Shown piece by piece: positions 1 to 43,661 of a stretch of DNA of 64,000 bases. The DNA is from Amoebidium appalachense (lineage: Eukaryota > Protista > Ichthyosporea): NCBI GenBank assembly GCA_963693365.1, contig CAVNZM010000015.1, positions 1,798,001 through 1,862,000 of the forward strand, written 5' to 3'. The notes beneath the pieces are model-generated. The model ran no database searches. It was not told where the DNA came from and worked only from the letters and a program-made list of their open reading frames with translations. Positions within the stretch are counted from its first letter, which is position 1; every line of letters starts with the position of its first letter. A program made the translations under genes and the position numbers.

Positions 1-102
1 GAGGGGGGGGGGGGGGGGGGGGGGGAAGAGTAAAGGGAACAGTTGGGAAGACTTGGCGGGGAGCGGGGAGGAGGGGGGGGGAATAGGGATAAAAGAGGGG
101 GC

Positions 103-160
<58 letters not shown>

Positions 161-1193
161 CTGGCTGGTCTGAGATGGAGCCGATGTTCTTGAACATGTT
201 TCCTCCCAGCTTGTTGACACTGAACCACACCCGTGTGCCCTGCGGCAGAAAAAAAACGTGTTAGTGGTATAAACAGAACGGAGAGATGATTATGCAAGAA
301 ATGGTGTGTGTGTGTGTGTGTGTGTGTGTTGGCTATTTGTATTGGGGAAAGACAAAAGTACCATGTATGCATGTGCCTGTGTGCCCAGGGAGGAACGAGT
401 GGAGATGGTCTTTTACAAACCACCCCACTGTGGGTGTTTCCAAGTGTGTGTGTGTCCGTGCCGTGTCCGCGCCGTGTCCGTGCCGTGCTTGTGTGAGTGT
501 GTGCGCGTGCGCGTGCGCCGGAGAGGGGGGGGGGGGGGGGGGGGGGGTTCACGGACCACCCAGCTTGGGCGTGTTTCCGAATGCTTGACAACCAGACCAC
601 TAGAACATAGGCCCGGAATGAGAACAATCGGGTAATGTGCCCTGTAACCCTCCTTACGCTTGGCTAGCCCTGTGGGGATTAATGTGTTATGAGCAAAAGG
701 TTAAAACACTCTATACTTTGATAACCTAGAATAGGGAGAAGGCAGGAAAAAGTGGTCAATTCTGGATAAAATTATCCTGCACGAGGAGAATGAGAAGGTG
801 AATACGCTGGAATAAGGCATGAAGTAACTAGAACGAACTTAATTATGACGGCAGACAAACCCGAAAAACTGTAACAGGCGAATGCAAACAGCAAGACACC
901 AAGCAAGGCATAGACAACTGGTCAGATAGGAAGAGGAATGGGGTTTGGTTCTTGTAGGTTTATGTGTGCAAATTGTGTGTGTCCATGTGTGCGCGCACAT
1001 GTGGGTCCGTTTGCGCACATGTGTGCGTGCGTGTGTGTGTTTTACGCGCGCGCGTGTGTGTGCGGGTGTGGGTGGCCATGTATGTGTGTGTGCGTGTGCG
1101 TGCGCGCGCACATGCGTGTGTGTGTTGGGTTGCACGTGCGTGTGCATGTGTACATGCACATAGGTGTATGTGTGTGCGTGTGCCCGGGTATGT

Positions 1194-1224
<31 letters not shown>

Positions 1225-1605
1225 ATATGTGTGCGCGCATGTGTGTGCGTTGTGTATGGTTGCGCGCCCGTGCACGTGCATGTTTAGGGTATGCACGTGT
1301 GCGCACGTACGTCCGTGTGTGTACATGTGTGCCTGCATGAGTGTGTGTGTGTACGTGTGTGTACGTGTGTGCCTGCATGAGTGTGTGTGTGTACGTGCGT
1401 GTATGTGTGTGCCTGCATGAGTGTGTATGTGTACGTGTGTGTACGTGTGTGTACGTGTGTGTGTGTGCTACGTATGTATTGCACATACCCGGGCAGTCGA
1501 TGTTTAGTGCCAGCCTGCCGTCTGGGCTTGGGCCGTAGCAGTGGGCCGGCAGGTCGAGGGTACGGCACTCATGGTGCACGTTGAACCCACACTCTGTGTG
1601 TGTGT

Positions 1606-1649
<44 letters not shown>

Positions 1650-3806
1650 GGGGGGGGGAGGATGTAAGCATTAGAGGGTTGGACATATGGAAGAGACACC
1701 AAATGGTTATGTGTAAAACGTCACGGGGAGGGGGGGAGGAAGGGGGGGGAAGGATTTGAACACGTGCATGCTTCGAGTGTGCACACACCACATACACACA
1801 CGCACACACTCTTTCTCTTCCTCCCCCTTCCCCCAACCCCCTTCCCCACTCCCCCTCCCCCCCCCCCTACACACGCACCCACACACATACACAACCCCCA
1901 CCCCCTTTCCCCCCTCTTCCTCCCCTCCCCCTCTTTTTTCCCTCGTGCTTTCACGCGCGCCTGTTTGGCCTGTTCGCTTTTCTTTATCCCAAAAAAAGAG
2001 GGTTTACGGTAGCTGGGAAGTAAAAGTTTGCCCCGACACATAGACTATTGAGACCCTGGCCATTAGCAAATCGTTGAAAACCATGTGGTGCTTCAAGTCA
2101 ACAGAGTCAGAAAAATGGCGACACAGGTATATATATTTGGATAAGAGGGAAGGGTGGAGTCAGGTAGCGTTAACGCGTTCTTTTATTGTATGTTTACCAT
2201 TTTTTGGGGGAGGAGGGGGGGGGGGGGGGGGGGGGGGCTTTACCTATGCACTTGTCACCTTGCTTGGCTAATCCGTAGAGCTGCCGACAAATGTTAGCAG
2301 GTGGAAAGGATGTTGGGATCAGACACGTGAATGGGTGTGTCGAGATGTGCAAGTATAAGTGTATGTCTATGTCGATGTGCAAGTATAAGTGTATTTCTAA
2401 GTATAAGTGTATTTCTATGTCGATGTGCAAGTATAAGTGTATTTCTATGTCGATGTGCAAGTATAAGCGTATTTCTATGTCGATGTGCAAGTATAAGTGT
2501 ATTTCTATGTCGATGTACAAGTATAAGTGTATTTCTATGTCGATGTGCAAGTATAAGTGTATTTCTATGTCGATGTGCAAGTATAAGTGTGTTTCTATGT
2601 CGTTGTGCAAGTATAAGTGTATTTCTATGTCGATGTGCAAGTATAAGTGTGTTTCTATGTCGTTGTGCAAGTATAAGTGTATTTCTATGTCGATGTGCAA
2701 GTATAAGTGTATTTCTATGTCGATGTGCAAATGTACGTGTAAGGGTGTGCAAGCGTGGGAAGGCATGCGTGTGTGTGTGTATGATACTTTGTGCTTGAGT
2801 ATGTGTGTATGTATGTGTGTGTGTGTATATGATACTTTGTGCTTGAGTATGTGTGTGTGTGTGTATGCTACTTTGTGCTTGAAAAAGTGCGTATGTATGT
2901 ATGTGTGTGTGTGTATGATACTTTGTGCTTGAGCATGTGTGTATGTATGTATGTGTGTGTGTGTGAATGATACTTTGTGCTTGAGTATGTGTGTATGTAT
3001 GTATGTGTGTGTGTGTGTATGTGTGTGTGTGTGTATGATACTTTGTGCTTGAGTATGTGTGTATGTATGTGTGTGTGTGTGTATGATACTTTGTGCTTGG
3101 GTATGTGTGTGTGTGTGTATGATACTTTGTGCTTGAAAAAGTGTGTATGTATGTATGTGTGTGTGTGTGTATGATACTTTGTGCTTGAGTATGTGTGTAT
3201 GTATGTATGTGTGTGTGAATGATACTTTGTGCTTGAGTATGTGTGTATGTATGTATGTGTGTGTGTGTGTATGTGTGTGTGTGTGTATGATACTTTGTGC
3301 TTGAGTATGTGTGTATGTATGTGTGTGTGTGTGTATGATACTTTGTGCTTGAGTATGTGTGTGTGTGTGTATGATACTTTGTGCTTGAGAATGTGTGTGT
3401 GTGTGTATGATACTTTGTGCTTGAAAAAGTGTGTATGTATGTATGTGTGTGTGTGTGAACGATACTTTGTGCTTGAGTATGTGTGTATGTATGTATGTGT
3501 GTGTGTGTGTATGTGTGTGTGTGTGTATGACACTTTCTGCTTGAGTATGTGTGTATGTATGTGTGTGTGTGTGTGTATGATACTTTGTGCTTGAGTATGT
3601 GTGTATGTATGTATGTGTGTGTGTGTTCCGGGCGTAAGGGGAGGGTGGGAGGACCCCCCACCCCCTCCTCCCCCCCCCGGGCCTGGTATGCAAGGCTGGA
3701 CCAGTCAGAGAGAAATGGAAAAACGGGGAGGTAGGCTCACGTGTGACCGTGTGCCCATCAGGTGCCCATGTCCACGTGTGTGTGTGTATGTGTGTGTGTT
3801 TGTATG

Positions 3807-3846
<40 letters not shown>

Positions 3847-4409
3847 CGCGCGCGCGCGCGCGTGTGTATGGATCTGCGCGTGTGCATGTGGGTCCACATG
3901 CATGGGTGTGTGTTCGTGTGTCCAATGCTTCTTATACATGTGCATACATTACAAGCATGCTTACAATTAATAATTTTTAAATTTTAGTTTTTTTTTAATT
4001 TTTTATGCTGATGACCATACCAGCTTGTCGCAGTGCTGGCAGACCGTAGGCTGCTTGTATGTGGCCACCACAAAGGCGTGGTAGTGGCCCGTGGTGGGTC
4101 GGGTCCGGTCCGACCCGTAACATGGCCCGGCTAGGTCCCGGCACTTGTCGTGTGCTACCTTCTTGCAAACTGCATTAAGATGGGGGGAAGAGGAAGGTGT
4201 GAGTGGGCGTGCTGTATTGTGTGTGTGTGTGTGTGGGTGTGTGTGTGGGTGTGTGTGGGTGTGTGTGTGTGTGTGTGGATGCCCGCGCGCATGCTAGGTC
4301 TCTTTCTCCTTCCATAGCCTTTCATTTTATATCACTATCTCTGTCTTTCTCTCTCCCCCCCCCCCCCCCGACACACACACCCACCCCTCTTATATCTCTC
4401 TCTGAGTCT

Positions 4410-4444
<35 letters not shown>

Positions 4445-5214
4445 CCCCCCCCCCCCCCCCCTCCCTCCCTCCCTCCCCCTCCCTCCCCCCCCCCCCTCCC
4501 CTCTCTCCTCAACTACCCTCCCTCCCCCCTCCTGCCCTCCGTACGTGTGTGTTTGTGTGTCTCTGTGACCATGTGTGCCAGCTTGCGCCCATGAGTTTAT
4601 TGCTGTGCAAGTGTGCTTACAAAATGGCTGGGAGCCTGGAGAAACCAATGTCTCTCGCTTTCTCTCTCCCTCCCTGCCCCAAGCCCCCCCCCTCCCCCCC
4701 CCCCTCCCTCCGTACTCATCCTCTCTTCTTCGAGACCCTTTCCCTACTCCTTGTCCACACACACACATACACCAACGCCCATATCTTCTGCAACTACTCC
4801 TCAAGCGCCCCTCTCTGCGTGTAGTGTGCAAAAAGTAATTGTCATTCTGAAGGAAAGGGATAAGGAAACACTGCCACCGTACCTTCACACTTGTAGGTTC
4901 TGTGTGCCAGGGGCACGATCGTCTCTGCGCAGTGCACACAGAACAGGCTGGTGCTGGCTAGCTTGGCCTTAAACTGGTGCACCGGCTGCATGGCCAAATG
5001 TTGAAGGGTGAGTATGAGCGAAAAATTGCATATTTATCAAAAAGGGGGATGGTTTGGCATATGGAAAGGGTACACGCATGCCATTCGCCCACAAAATCCA
5101 AGCTGAATACACATAATTACACAGAGAAAAGTTCGCACCTTGCCGTTCCAGGACTATAATTTGTTTGATCTATAAATCTTAGAACTACAAAAATTAGTCT
5201 CAATGCATGCTTCC

Positions 5215-5246
<32 letters not shown>

Positions 5247-5363
5247 AAAACGCCAACCACACTCACAAACATACACCTACTCACCCACACCTACACACAC
5301 ACACACACATCCACCCACCCACTCACCCCACACACACGCACAAAGACAAACAAACACCCCCAT

Positions 5364-5448
<85 letters not shown>

Positions 5449-8400
5449 ATCTTCTTGATGTCCTTGCGAGCAGCCACTGGGGAGATGGATGGTTGGAGGG
5501 CTGCCTGGCCAGCAGGTTGAAAATGGTTGTCGCTTTGCGTCTAAAAGTAGGTGTGTGAGATGCTGGCCCATATGTTGCGCATCTAAAAATAGGTACGTGA
5601 GATACTATGTTACCTGTCGTACATCAAAAAAAAAAAGATGTGTGAGGTATTGATATTGGGTGTTGCACATCTGAAAATAGGTGTGTGAGATGCTGGCCCA
5701 TATATTGTGCATCTAAAAATAGGTGTGTGAGATGCTATGTTGTCCATTTAAAAATAGGTGTGTGAGATCCTGGCCTATATGCTGCGCATCTAAAAATAGA
5801 TGCGCGAGAGGCTTATCTTACATGTTGCGCATCTAAAAAAAGGTACGTGAGATGCTGGCCCATATGTTGTGCATCTAAAAATAGGTGTGTGGGGTGCTGG
5901 CCCATACACCCACTTCTACTCACAGTGCAAATATCACACCCAGAAATAAAGGTGGGGGAAGGAAGTTCTTGAACAGGGGGAGGGGGGGGGGGGGAGGGGG
6001 GCGGCACACGAGGGAGAGAGGGAAGGAGGGAGGAAGAAAAAATAGGGGGGGGGGGGGGGGGGGTCAGAAAGATGGAGAAAGAAGGGGGGGAGGGGGGGCC
6101 CCCGGGGGGGAAGAGAAAACGACGGAGGGAGAAAGAAAGAAGAGAAAAGAGCGGGGGGAGGGGGGGGGGGGGGGGGGGGGGCACAAGCGTCAAATTTCAC
6201 TGCTCCTACCCAACATTTTACGGTCTATGTCAACACTTATTGACGTGTAGAAAAAACCGACGTCGATACTACGTCATACGGACGTCAGTACGGAAGCCAT
6301 AAATTAATACCATCACCGGTATCCCAGAGCGCAACGAATGGCCCTGCCTTAAAATGGCAATGTACCTTTTTTTTGGCATTTGCCATATAAGGTGCACAAC
6401 CGAAAAAATTCCAAAATAGTCGCTAAACACAATAATACACTTCATTCCGCACTTACCGAAGGGCTAGGGCTGGCGGGCAAGGTTGCGGCAGGGTGGAAGG
6501 CCGTTGGGGATCCCGGTAGGCTGACTGCGGCTGCGGAAAATGTCAATAAATGACTACACCGGTTTAAGAATTAAAACATACAGTTAGCCCCTAATGGTTT
6601 CATAGCTACTACAACATACAATATCATTTGGTTGAGGCAACCCCGGATGTTGAACACTTAGTCCATGGGGGAAAAAGGGCAAAAGCAATAGAGGGAGGCA
6701 TTGGCACAGATTTACCGGTACCAAAGCACAATGGTGTGCCCAAAGGATAGCAATTGCACCCATGCGAGAGTGTAATCTATGTGTCGTGCCTGTCTAAAAA
6801 TGGAAATATTGCTGACTTCTGCACAAAACCCCGTGCATTTCCTTGCTAGCGATGATAATGCATGAGATGTGGAGGTGAAACGATGCCTTCGTGTTTATGT
6901 AAGTTAGTGTGTGGAAGAAGCGGGGAGCTGGAGAGAGGGTGAGGGTGGTGTGTGTGTGTGTGTGTGTGTGTGTGCGCACGCGCGCGCGCGCGCGTGCAGG
7001 GGGGAGGTGGAGGGGGGGGGGGGGGGGGGGGGGGGTAATACAACAGTTGCACAGAGAGAAAAATGTGTGAAAAAAGGGGAGGTGGTTGCATTGTGAGATG
7101 GAGATATGAGGGGAACGGGGTGGTGTGGTGTGTGTGTGGGAGGGGGGGGGGGGGGGGGGGGGGGGGTAAGCAGCCTTGACATTTTAGACAACAGCATCAA
7201 GTAAATAAGGCAAAGGGGAAGCGTGTGGTGGGTGTTGTTGCAGGGCTAGGGGTAGTCAGGGGGGGGGGGGGGGGGGGAAGGGATCCCCTTGCCGGGGGGA
7301 GGGGTAGAGGAGAGTTAGAAGAAGGGGGGGGGGGGGGGGGGGGAGGGGGGGAAGGGAGGGGAGCAATGGAAAGAAGGAGCAACAAAAAGAGATATACGGG
7401 TAGACAGGTAATGCAAACAAACAGAGTTCTTGCTGTTCAAGTGGAGACAACCCCAAAAATGCACGGTTGATGAGAGAGTGGGAAGGTGGTGAGTCCAAAT
7501 ATGCCATTGGAGGAGGGGGGAGGCGAGAAGGCAAGTCCAAATTACCAGAACAAAGGATTCTGGGCTGAAAACGAAGGTGGAAGTACTTGGACGAGGGAAA
7601 CTTCAGAACGATAAGAGTGCGAGGTTGAAGAACATTCTATCATGCAAGATGGGTGGTGGGCTGGAGGCGGAGTTCGCTCTAGAGAAAAAAAAAAAGAAGG
7701 AACCGGACTTGAACAATCCGTCAGCACGAGTGTTGAGTTTAGTTCAGTTCATTTTCAAGTGTGTACGTGTGGGTGCGCGTGCTTGCTCGTAGGTGTAGCT
7801 GTGTGTTTTTGTGTGTGTGTGCGCGCGCGAGCACACGCGTGTGAGTGTGTGGTGCGTGGTGCGTGATTCGTGCCCGTTTGTGTGTAATTAATCACGCATT
7901 TTTGTCAGCAAATAGCTAACACGCAGCGCCTCTTGTGTCTTCATCTTCCCACATCAGTGATCCATAGTTGTCCAGCAGAACAAAAGCGAACGGAAGCATG
8001 TGATACAGCATAAGTTCCTACCCTGGTAACCAGAAACGAGCAACGATGCAGACCTTCATACAAAGAGCTTGTTAGCCCACGATGTCCTCCCATGGCAAAC
8101 AGCATTAAGCAATACAGATCATTAAAAACCACCCACCTTGCCCTTGTAGAAAGCTGCCTGACTGTGGTCTCAGCCCAGACATGGACCTCTGGGGTAAGAG
8201 TGCCGGGGGAGTTAATTCCTTTGGTGGTAAAGGGGGCGGCATCATAGGCACATCTTTCCCCGCTTCCGTTCCGTGGAATGAGGCACCTCGACCTCTGTAT
8301 GCTGGTGGAAGGTAGGGAGGGGAGACTGGTGGTGGCGCTGTGATTGTTGGCAAGGGGGCTTCAGAAGTATAAACTGTAGTAACTTCAGACTGAACCGAGA

Positions 8401-8596
8401 GTAGCTCAAACTTCGTTTCTACTTCATCGAAGGTAGGGTACAGGCTGCTTTGTGGTGCTGCCACCTTATCATTTTCAAGATCAAGTCGGGCAGCTTGGGT
8501 TTCACGACGGGGGATAACAACGGGAGAACTGGGAAGAGAGGTGGATTGACCAAAAGTGGTCCTGTTGGTGCTGGAATTGAACATGGGGTAAGCCAT
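161..8596 (-). CDS. Tandem C1 (phorbol ester/DAG-type Zn finger) domain protein with Pro/Ser-rich N-terminus; 3' end lies outside the window
   Basis: Phase-consistent GT-AG exon chain: 8596-8137 (ATG), 6530-6457, 5504-5448, 4985-4883, 4169-4021, 2280-2244, 1593-1489, 599-553, 239-161. The spliced product contains [49 protein letters not shown] and [51 protein letters not shown], both matching H-x12-C-x2-C-x13-C-x2-C-x4-H-x2-C-xn-C. The downstream domain is not recognised. Confidence 0.85.
1320..1470. repeat. Intronic compound minisatellite (GTGTGCCTGCATGAGTGTGTGTGTGTACGT) x3
   Basis: Three near-identical ~40-nt units visible in the sequence. Confidence 0.7.
2344..2730. repeat. 30-bp tandem minisatellite GATGTGCAAGTATAAGTGTATTTCTATGTC, ~13 copies
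   Basis: Direct reading. It produces the spurious [10 protein letters not shown] and [10 protein letters not shown] repeat ORFs and lies in an intron of the C1 gene. Confidence 0.95.
2779..3625. repeat. Core-plus-microsatellite array: ATGATACTTTGTGCTTGA core (~17 copies) separated by variable (GT)/(GTAT) tracts
   Basis: Cores at about 2781, 2829, 2865, 2915, 2967, 3035, 3083, 3119, 3171, 3219, 3287, 3335, 3371, 3407, 3459, 3527 and 3577. A variant ending GAAAAAG recurs three times. Confidence 0.9.
5535..5905. repeat. ~41-bp degenerate minisatellite AAAATAGGTGTGTGAGATGCTGGCCCATATGTTGTGCATCT, ~9 copies
   Basis: Direct reading; intronic. Confidence 0.9.
8137..8596 (-). CDS. First coding exon of the tandem-C1 protein (Pro/Ser-rich, low-complexity N-terminus)
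   Basis: Non-repetitive 460-nt open frame MAYPMFNSS...GSFLQGQ ending at a G|GTGGGT phase-1 donor. An AG acceptor near 8614 just upstream suggests 5' UTR exons (candidates about 8915-9016 and about 10663 onward). Confidence 0.75.
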
Positions 8597-9080
8597 GTTT
8601 TCGGCTTACTCCACCTGCCGGTGATTAGACAGATTGAAGTGTATAGTGCAGTTGCATAATATCAATCCTTTCACGATGATTATGGTAAGTAGTGATTAGT
8701 TGTGTCTGCTGCAGCGTGTGGCTTGTGTGTTTGGGGGAGAGCCTGAGATAAAAATTGTGCTTGCTTGTACACCCGAGGTTTTCGTTGTGTTCATGCACAT
8801 AGATCTATAATGGACCAATCGTTTGTTGTCGTGTATTGTAGTTGGCATTTTAAACCTATCTGTCTAACACGTTAAACGCTTTAAATAAAGCTTTTTATAC
8901 TATCATACATAGCAGATGTCAACGGTGATAACGGTCACAGGCCTGATTGGTTTACAGGCTCGTGAGCCGGAGTGAGCCCCCGGCATGGTATGCCCGAGGG
9001 CCGGCCCCAGTAGTATCTGCCAGGTGAAACTTTCGAGTAAGTGATACACACGTACGCACACACGTAAACGCACGTGTATG

Positions 9081-9168
<88 letters not shown>

Positions 9169-9241
9169 GCACACGCATGCACGCACACGCACACATATGT
9201 ACACACACACACACACATCCTCACATGCACACACACAAACA

Positions 9242-9790
9242 CATGTCCACATACACATGCACGCAGTTCATCATACATACACGCATGTAGACGCACTCTC
9301 GGCACAACACGCACGTACACCGTCACGTAGTGGCAGACTTGCACAAATGCATGCGGACATGTCAAAGACTTGTCTGAGCGACATTTGCATTCACCGAACA
9401 GCGCCGGGCAGACGAACACACGCCAACAACATGCACATGCTACACACACACACACACGCACACGCACACGCACGCACACGCACACACACGCACACACATG
9501 TGCACACACACACACACATACATAGCGGTATTATACACACACACATCCACACATGCACACACACATGTGCACACTTTCATGTCCACATACACATGCATAT
9601 GCACGCAGTTCCTCATACATACGCGCATGTAGACGCACTCTCGGCACAACACGCACGTACACCGTGTAGTGTCAGACTTGCACAAATGCATGCGGACATG
9701 CCAGAGACTCGTCAGAGAGATATGTGCATTCACCGTATATAACGCTGGGCAGACGAACACACGCCAACACATGTATGCACATGCTACACA
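9242..9790. repeat. Direct duplication of a ~200-bp segment (about 9242-9445 and 9579-9790)
   Basis: Shared blocks GTAGACGCACTCTCGGCACAACACGCACGTACACCG, CAGACTTGCACAAATGCATGCGGACATG and GGGCAGACGAACACACGCCAAC. Confidence 0.85.
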
Positions 9791-9906
9791 CACACACAGA
9801 CCCACACACACGCACGCACACACACACACACTCTCTCTCTGTCTCCCTCTCTTTCTCTCCCTCTCTCTCCCTCTCAGAGGCTCTCTCTCTCCCTCACACA
9901 CACACT

Positions 9907-9979
<73 letters not shown>

Positions 9980-10058
9980 TTACTATTACACACACACACA
10001 CATGTACACAGTTATACAGTCACACACGCACACACACACACGCGCGCGCGCGAGCGCG

Positions 10059-10089
<31 letters not shown>

Positions 10090-10402
10090 GTGTTTACTAC
10101 GCACACTTAATACAACTTATTAATAGGGTCGTGGACATGATACACGTGCTCCCGGCCCACACACGTGCAACGCGCAAACACGCAGTAGTGTGTCTGTGGC
10201 ACACCATACACAGAACAGACAGTGGCATTGCACATACGCACACACACATACATACACACACACAAACACACACACACTCACACAACCACGCGCACACACT
10301 CACGTACATGTTACTTGTACACACCATGCAACACAGGCCAATTTGGGATTGCAAAGAACACATGGTCACATGTGCACGGCACACGCACTACATACACGCA
10401 TG

Positions 10403-10441
<39 letters not shown>

Positions 10442-11784
10442 GCACACGCACGTGCACGTCATAGGGGTAGTACGTACGGAGACACGCTAGCACACGAGTT
10501 ATGCTTCTGCAGAATAATTCTGCAGTTTGCTGGATCCAAAGTTCAGCTCGCAGCAATTGCTCCGCTGATCATGAATCGGTCGGGGCCTGGGCAAATTTAT
10601 GGCCACATGCAAATGTTGCAGTAATGCATATATTACTACATTAATTTCTATAAAAACGCTTACCTATAGGCATATGTTTCTCAGTAATACATAGTCGACA
10701 CGTACACAGATCGGACATGCAGAACACGTTCTGGGAAAGGAAAGTAGATCCAGATCTAGTAGTAGCCAATCAATCACGTCTATTAATAGAATTGTTTTTG
10801 GAACCAACGCTATCCAGATCGTTTCACACAATCATATTGGCGAAAATCACTTTATCACATGCACATAGAAACACGTGGGAAAAAGGAGCATAAGTAGGGT
10901 AAAAGTGTAAAACAACTTTCTCAGATAGCGAACGTGAGCCATGTGCACCAGGTGTACGTACGTACATGTACACAGATCTACATAACATACTGATATCTCG
11001 CGCACACGGAAACGATTGTGTCGTACTTAAAGATCAAAGAAACACAACACGAACAGCAACAAGCTGAGAGTTGCAGTTAGAAATCAAAAATGTAACTTCA
11101 GAACTGTTGTAGTCATAGGTGGTGACGTATAACAACACTGACTGTTGCGAATTACTAATATTAGTAGGTAGAAAGGTTGGCCATGCATGCATATGCCATG
11201 GGGCATGTGGCTGTCACGGGTCAGATGCTCTGGGGGGGTGGGAAGCTAGGCAAAAACGTGCAATTTTACGCCTTATGATGGATGCGTGGGGCGCAACTAC
11301 AGTGTACTTTCTGTATAAAGAAGTTGCATCTAAGAACGGTGGCATCTGAATACACATATAACAGGAGCACGGCGTCCAAGTCGACAGACATGTGGATAGA
11401 GGGAACAATAAATTTGGCAGGAACTTCCCCTTCAACTGACACCGTTGAAGTGCCGCAGCAGCCTGGGCCTGCCCCGCACTCCAGTGTTTGAGGGATTTTA
11501 AGAGCTAACAACCAAGCCAAGACACGTTGCGACTTATTCAACATGCACACACACACACACAGCTGTGTGTTTGCCATTGACAACGTATACGTGGCCACAT
11601 CCTCACGTCACAAAGTTTTCAACACCATGCCGACCCTTTTTGAAATCATTCTTCGAACACCAGTGCGGACCCAAAAAATTGACAGATGCGAGTCTGCAAC
11701 TGACACGTGCACGGCTTAAAGGACGACACTGGGCTTAGCGAGGGCATGTCATGGATAAGCCCGTAGGAAAAGGGGGTGGGTGGG

Positions 11785-11831
<47 letters not shown>

Positions 11832-12221
11832 CTCCCCCCACCTGTTTTTTTCTTTTTCTTTTTGACTTTATTTACGCATGTACGCATTGCATGACCAGGC
11901 ATTCATCAGAAATTCATGAACGTGCATAGCATCTAATTGTGTATTTTCATGGGTGATACATTTTTTTGGCCACCGAGAATATACCTTCGTGACTAGATTA
12001 AGTGACTAGTTGGCGCCAAAACTATCGATATTTATAACTTGAATTACTTCAGTAACGACTGCTTAAACACAGCTATGATGATTCAATGCAGACCTTAACT
12101 AAATAGTATCCGATACTGATACTATGACCACCCAAAGTATTTGTTATTTACAACAGTGTGTATATGTATGTGTGTGCGTGTGCGCGTGTGTGTGCGTGCG
12201 TGTGCGTGTGCGCGCACGTGT

Positions 12222-12252
<31 letters not shown>

Positions 12253-12438
12253 CATTAGTATTTGTAAATTCACATCAGTGTGTGCGTGTGTGTGGGAGGG
12301 GGGGAGGTGAGGAGAAGGAGGGGGAGAGGGATGGGGAGGGGGGACCAAAGTGAGGTTCTAGAGACCACATTCTAATGGGTCTCTAATGACCTTCTTATAC
12401 ATGGTGCTTTTCTTAAAAACACATTCAACTCATAATAC

Positions 12439-43276
<30,838 letters not shown>

Positions 43277-43626
43277 CTGTCAAAATGCAAACAGAAAGAG
43301 AGGATGATTGCGGCTCTGGGGACACGGGAGTAAGTTTAGCTGCCAAGCTGGTGGTTTGCGTTGAGAAAAATTATCTACCGAAAAGGAGGCAACCAAAGCA
43401 AGAAAATAAGAGAAGCTAGGTTGATAGCATGGGATGGAACTTTTCAACTGTAACCTATGGAAGGACTGTATACATGTACTGCAGCTGTATCAGATTTGTA
43501 TTGGCTTGAAGTTCAGAAGCTGCCACGGTCATCGATATCCGTCTTGGTGTGCGGTTACGTAATAGCGGAGATGACGCCAGGGTGCAAAAAATGGGCCAGG
43601 GTAGGAATGTGTGCGTGTGTGCGCGC

Positions 43627-43661
<35 letters not shown>

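Noticed and set aside
2344-3625. CRISPR array (also considered for 30148-30465, 36060-36320 and 61655-61915)
   Set aside because: There are no unique spacers, the units are tandem or separated by simple repeats, no cas-like ORF is present, and the context is a eukaryotic intron.
2194-3945. 583-aa ORF and other long His/Thr-, Cys/Val-, Pro- or Gly-rich ORFs throughout the track
   Set aside because: These are translations of microsatellites, minisatellites and homopolymers inside introns. Only the short embedded exons are credible.
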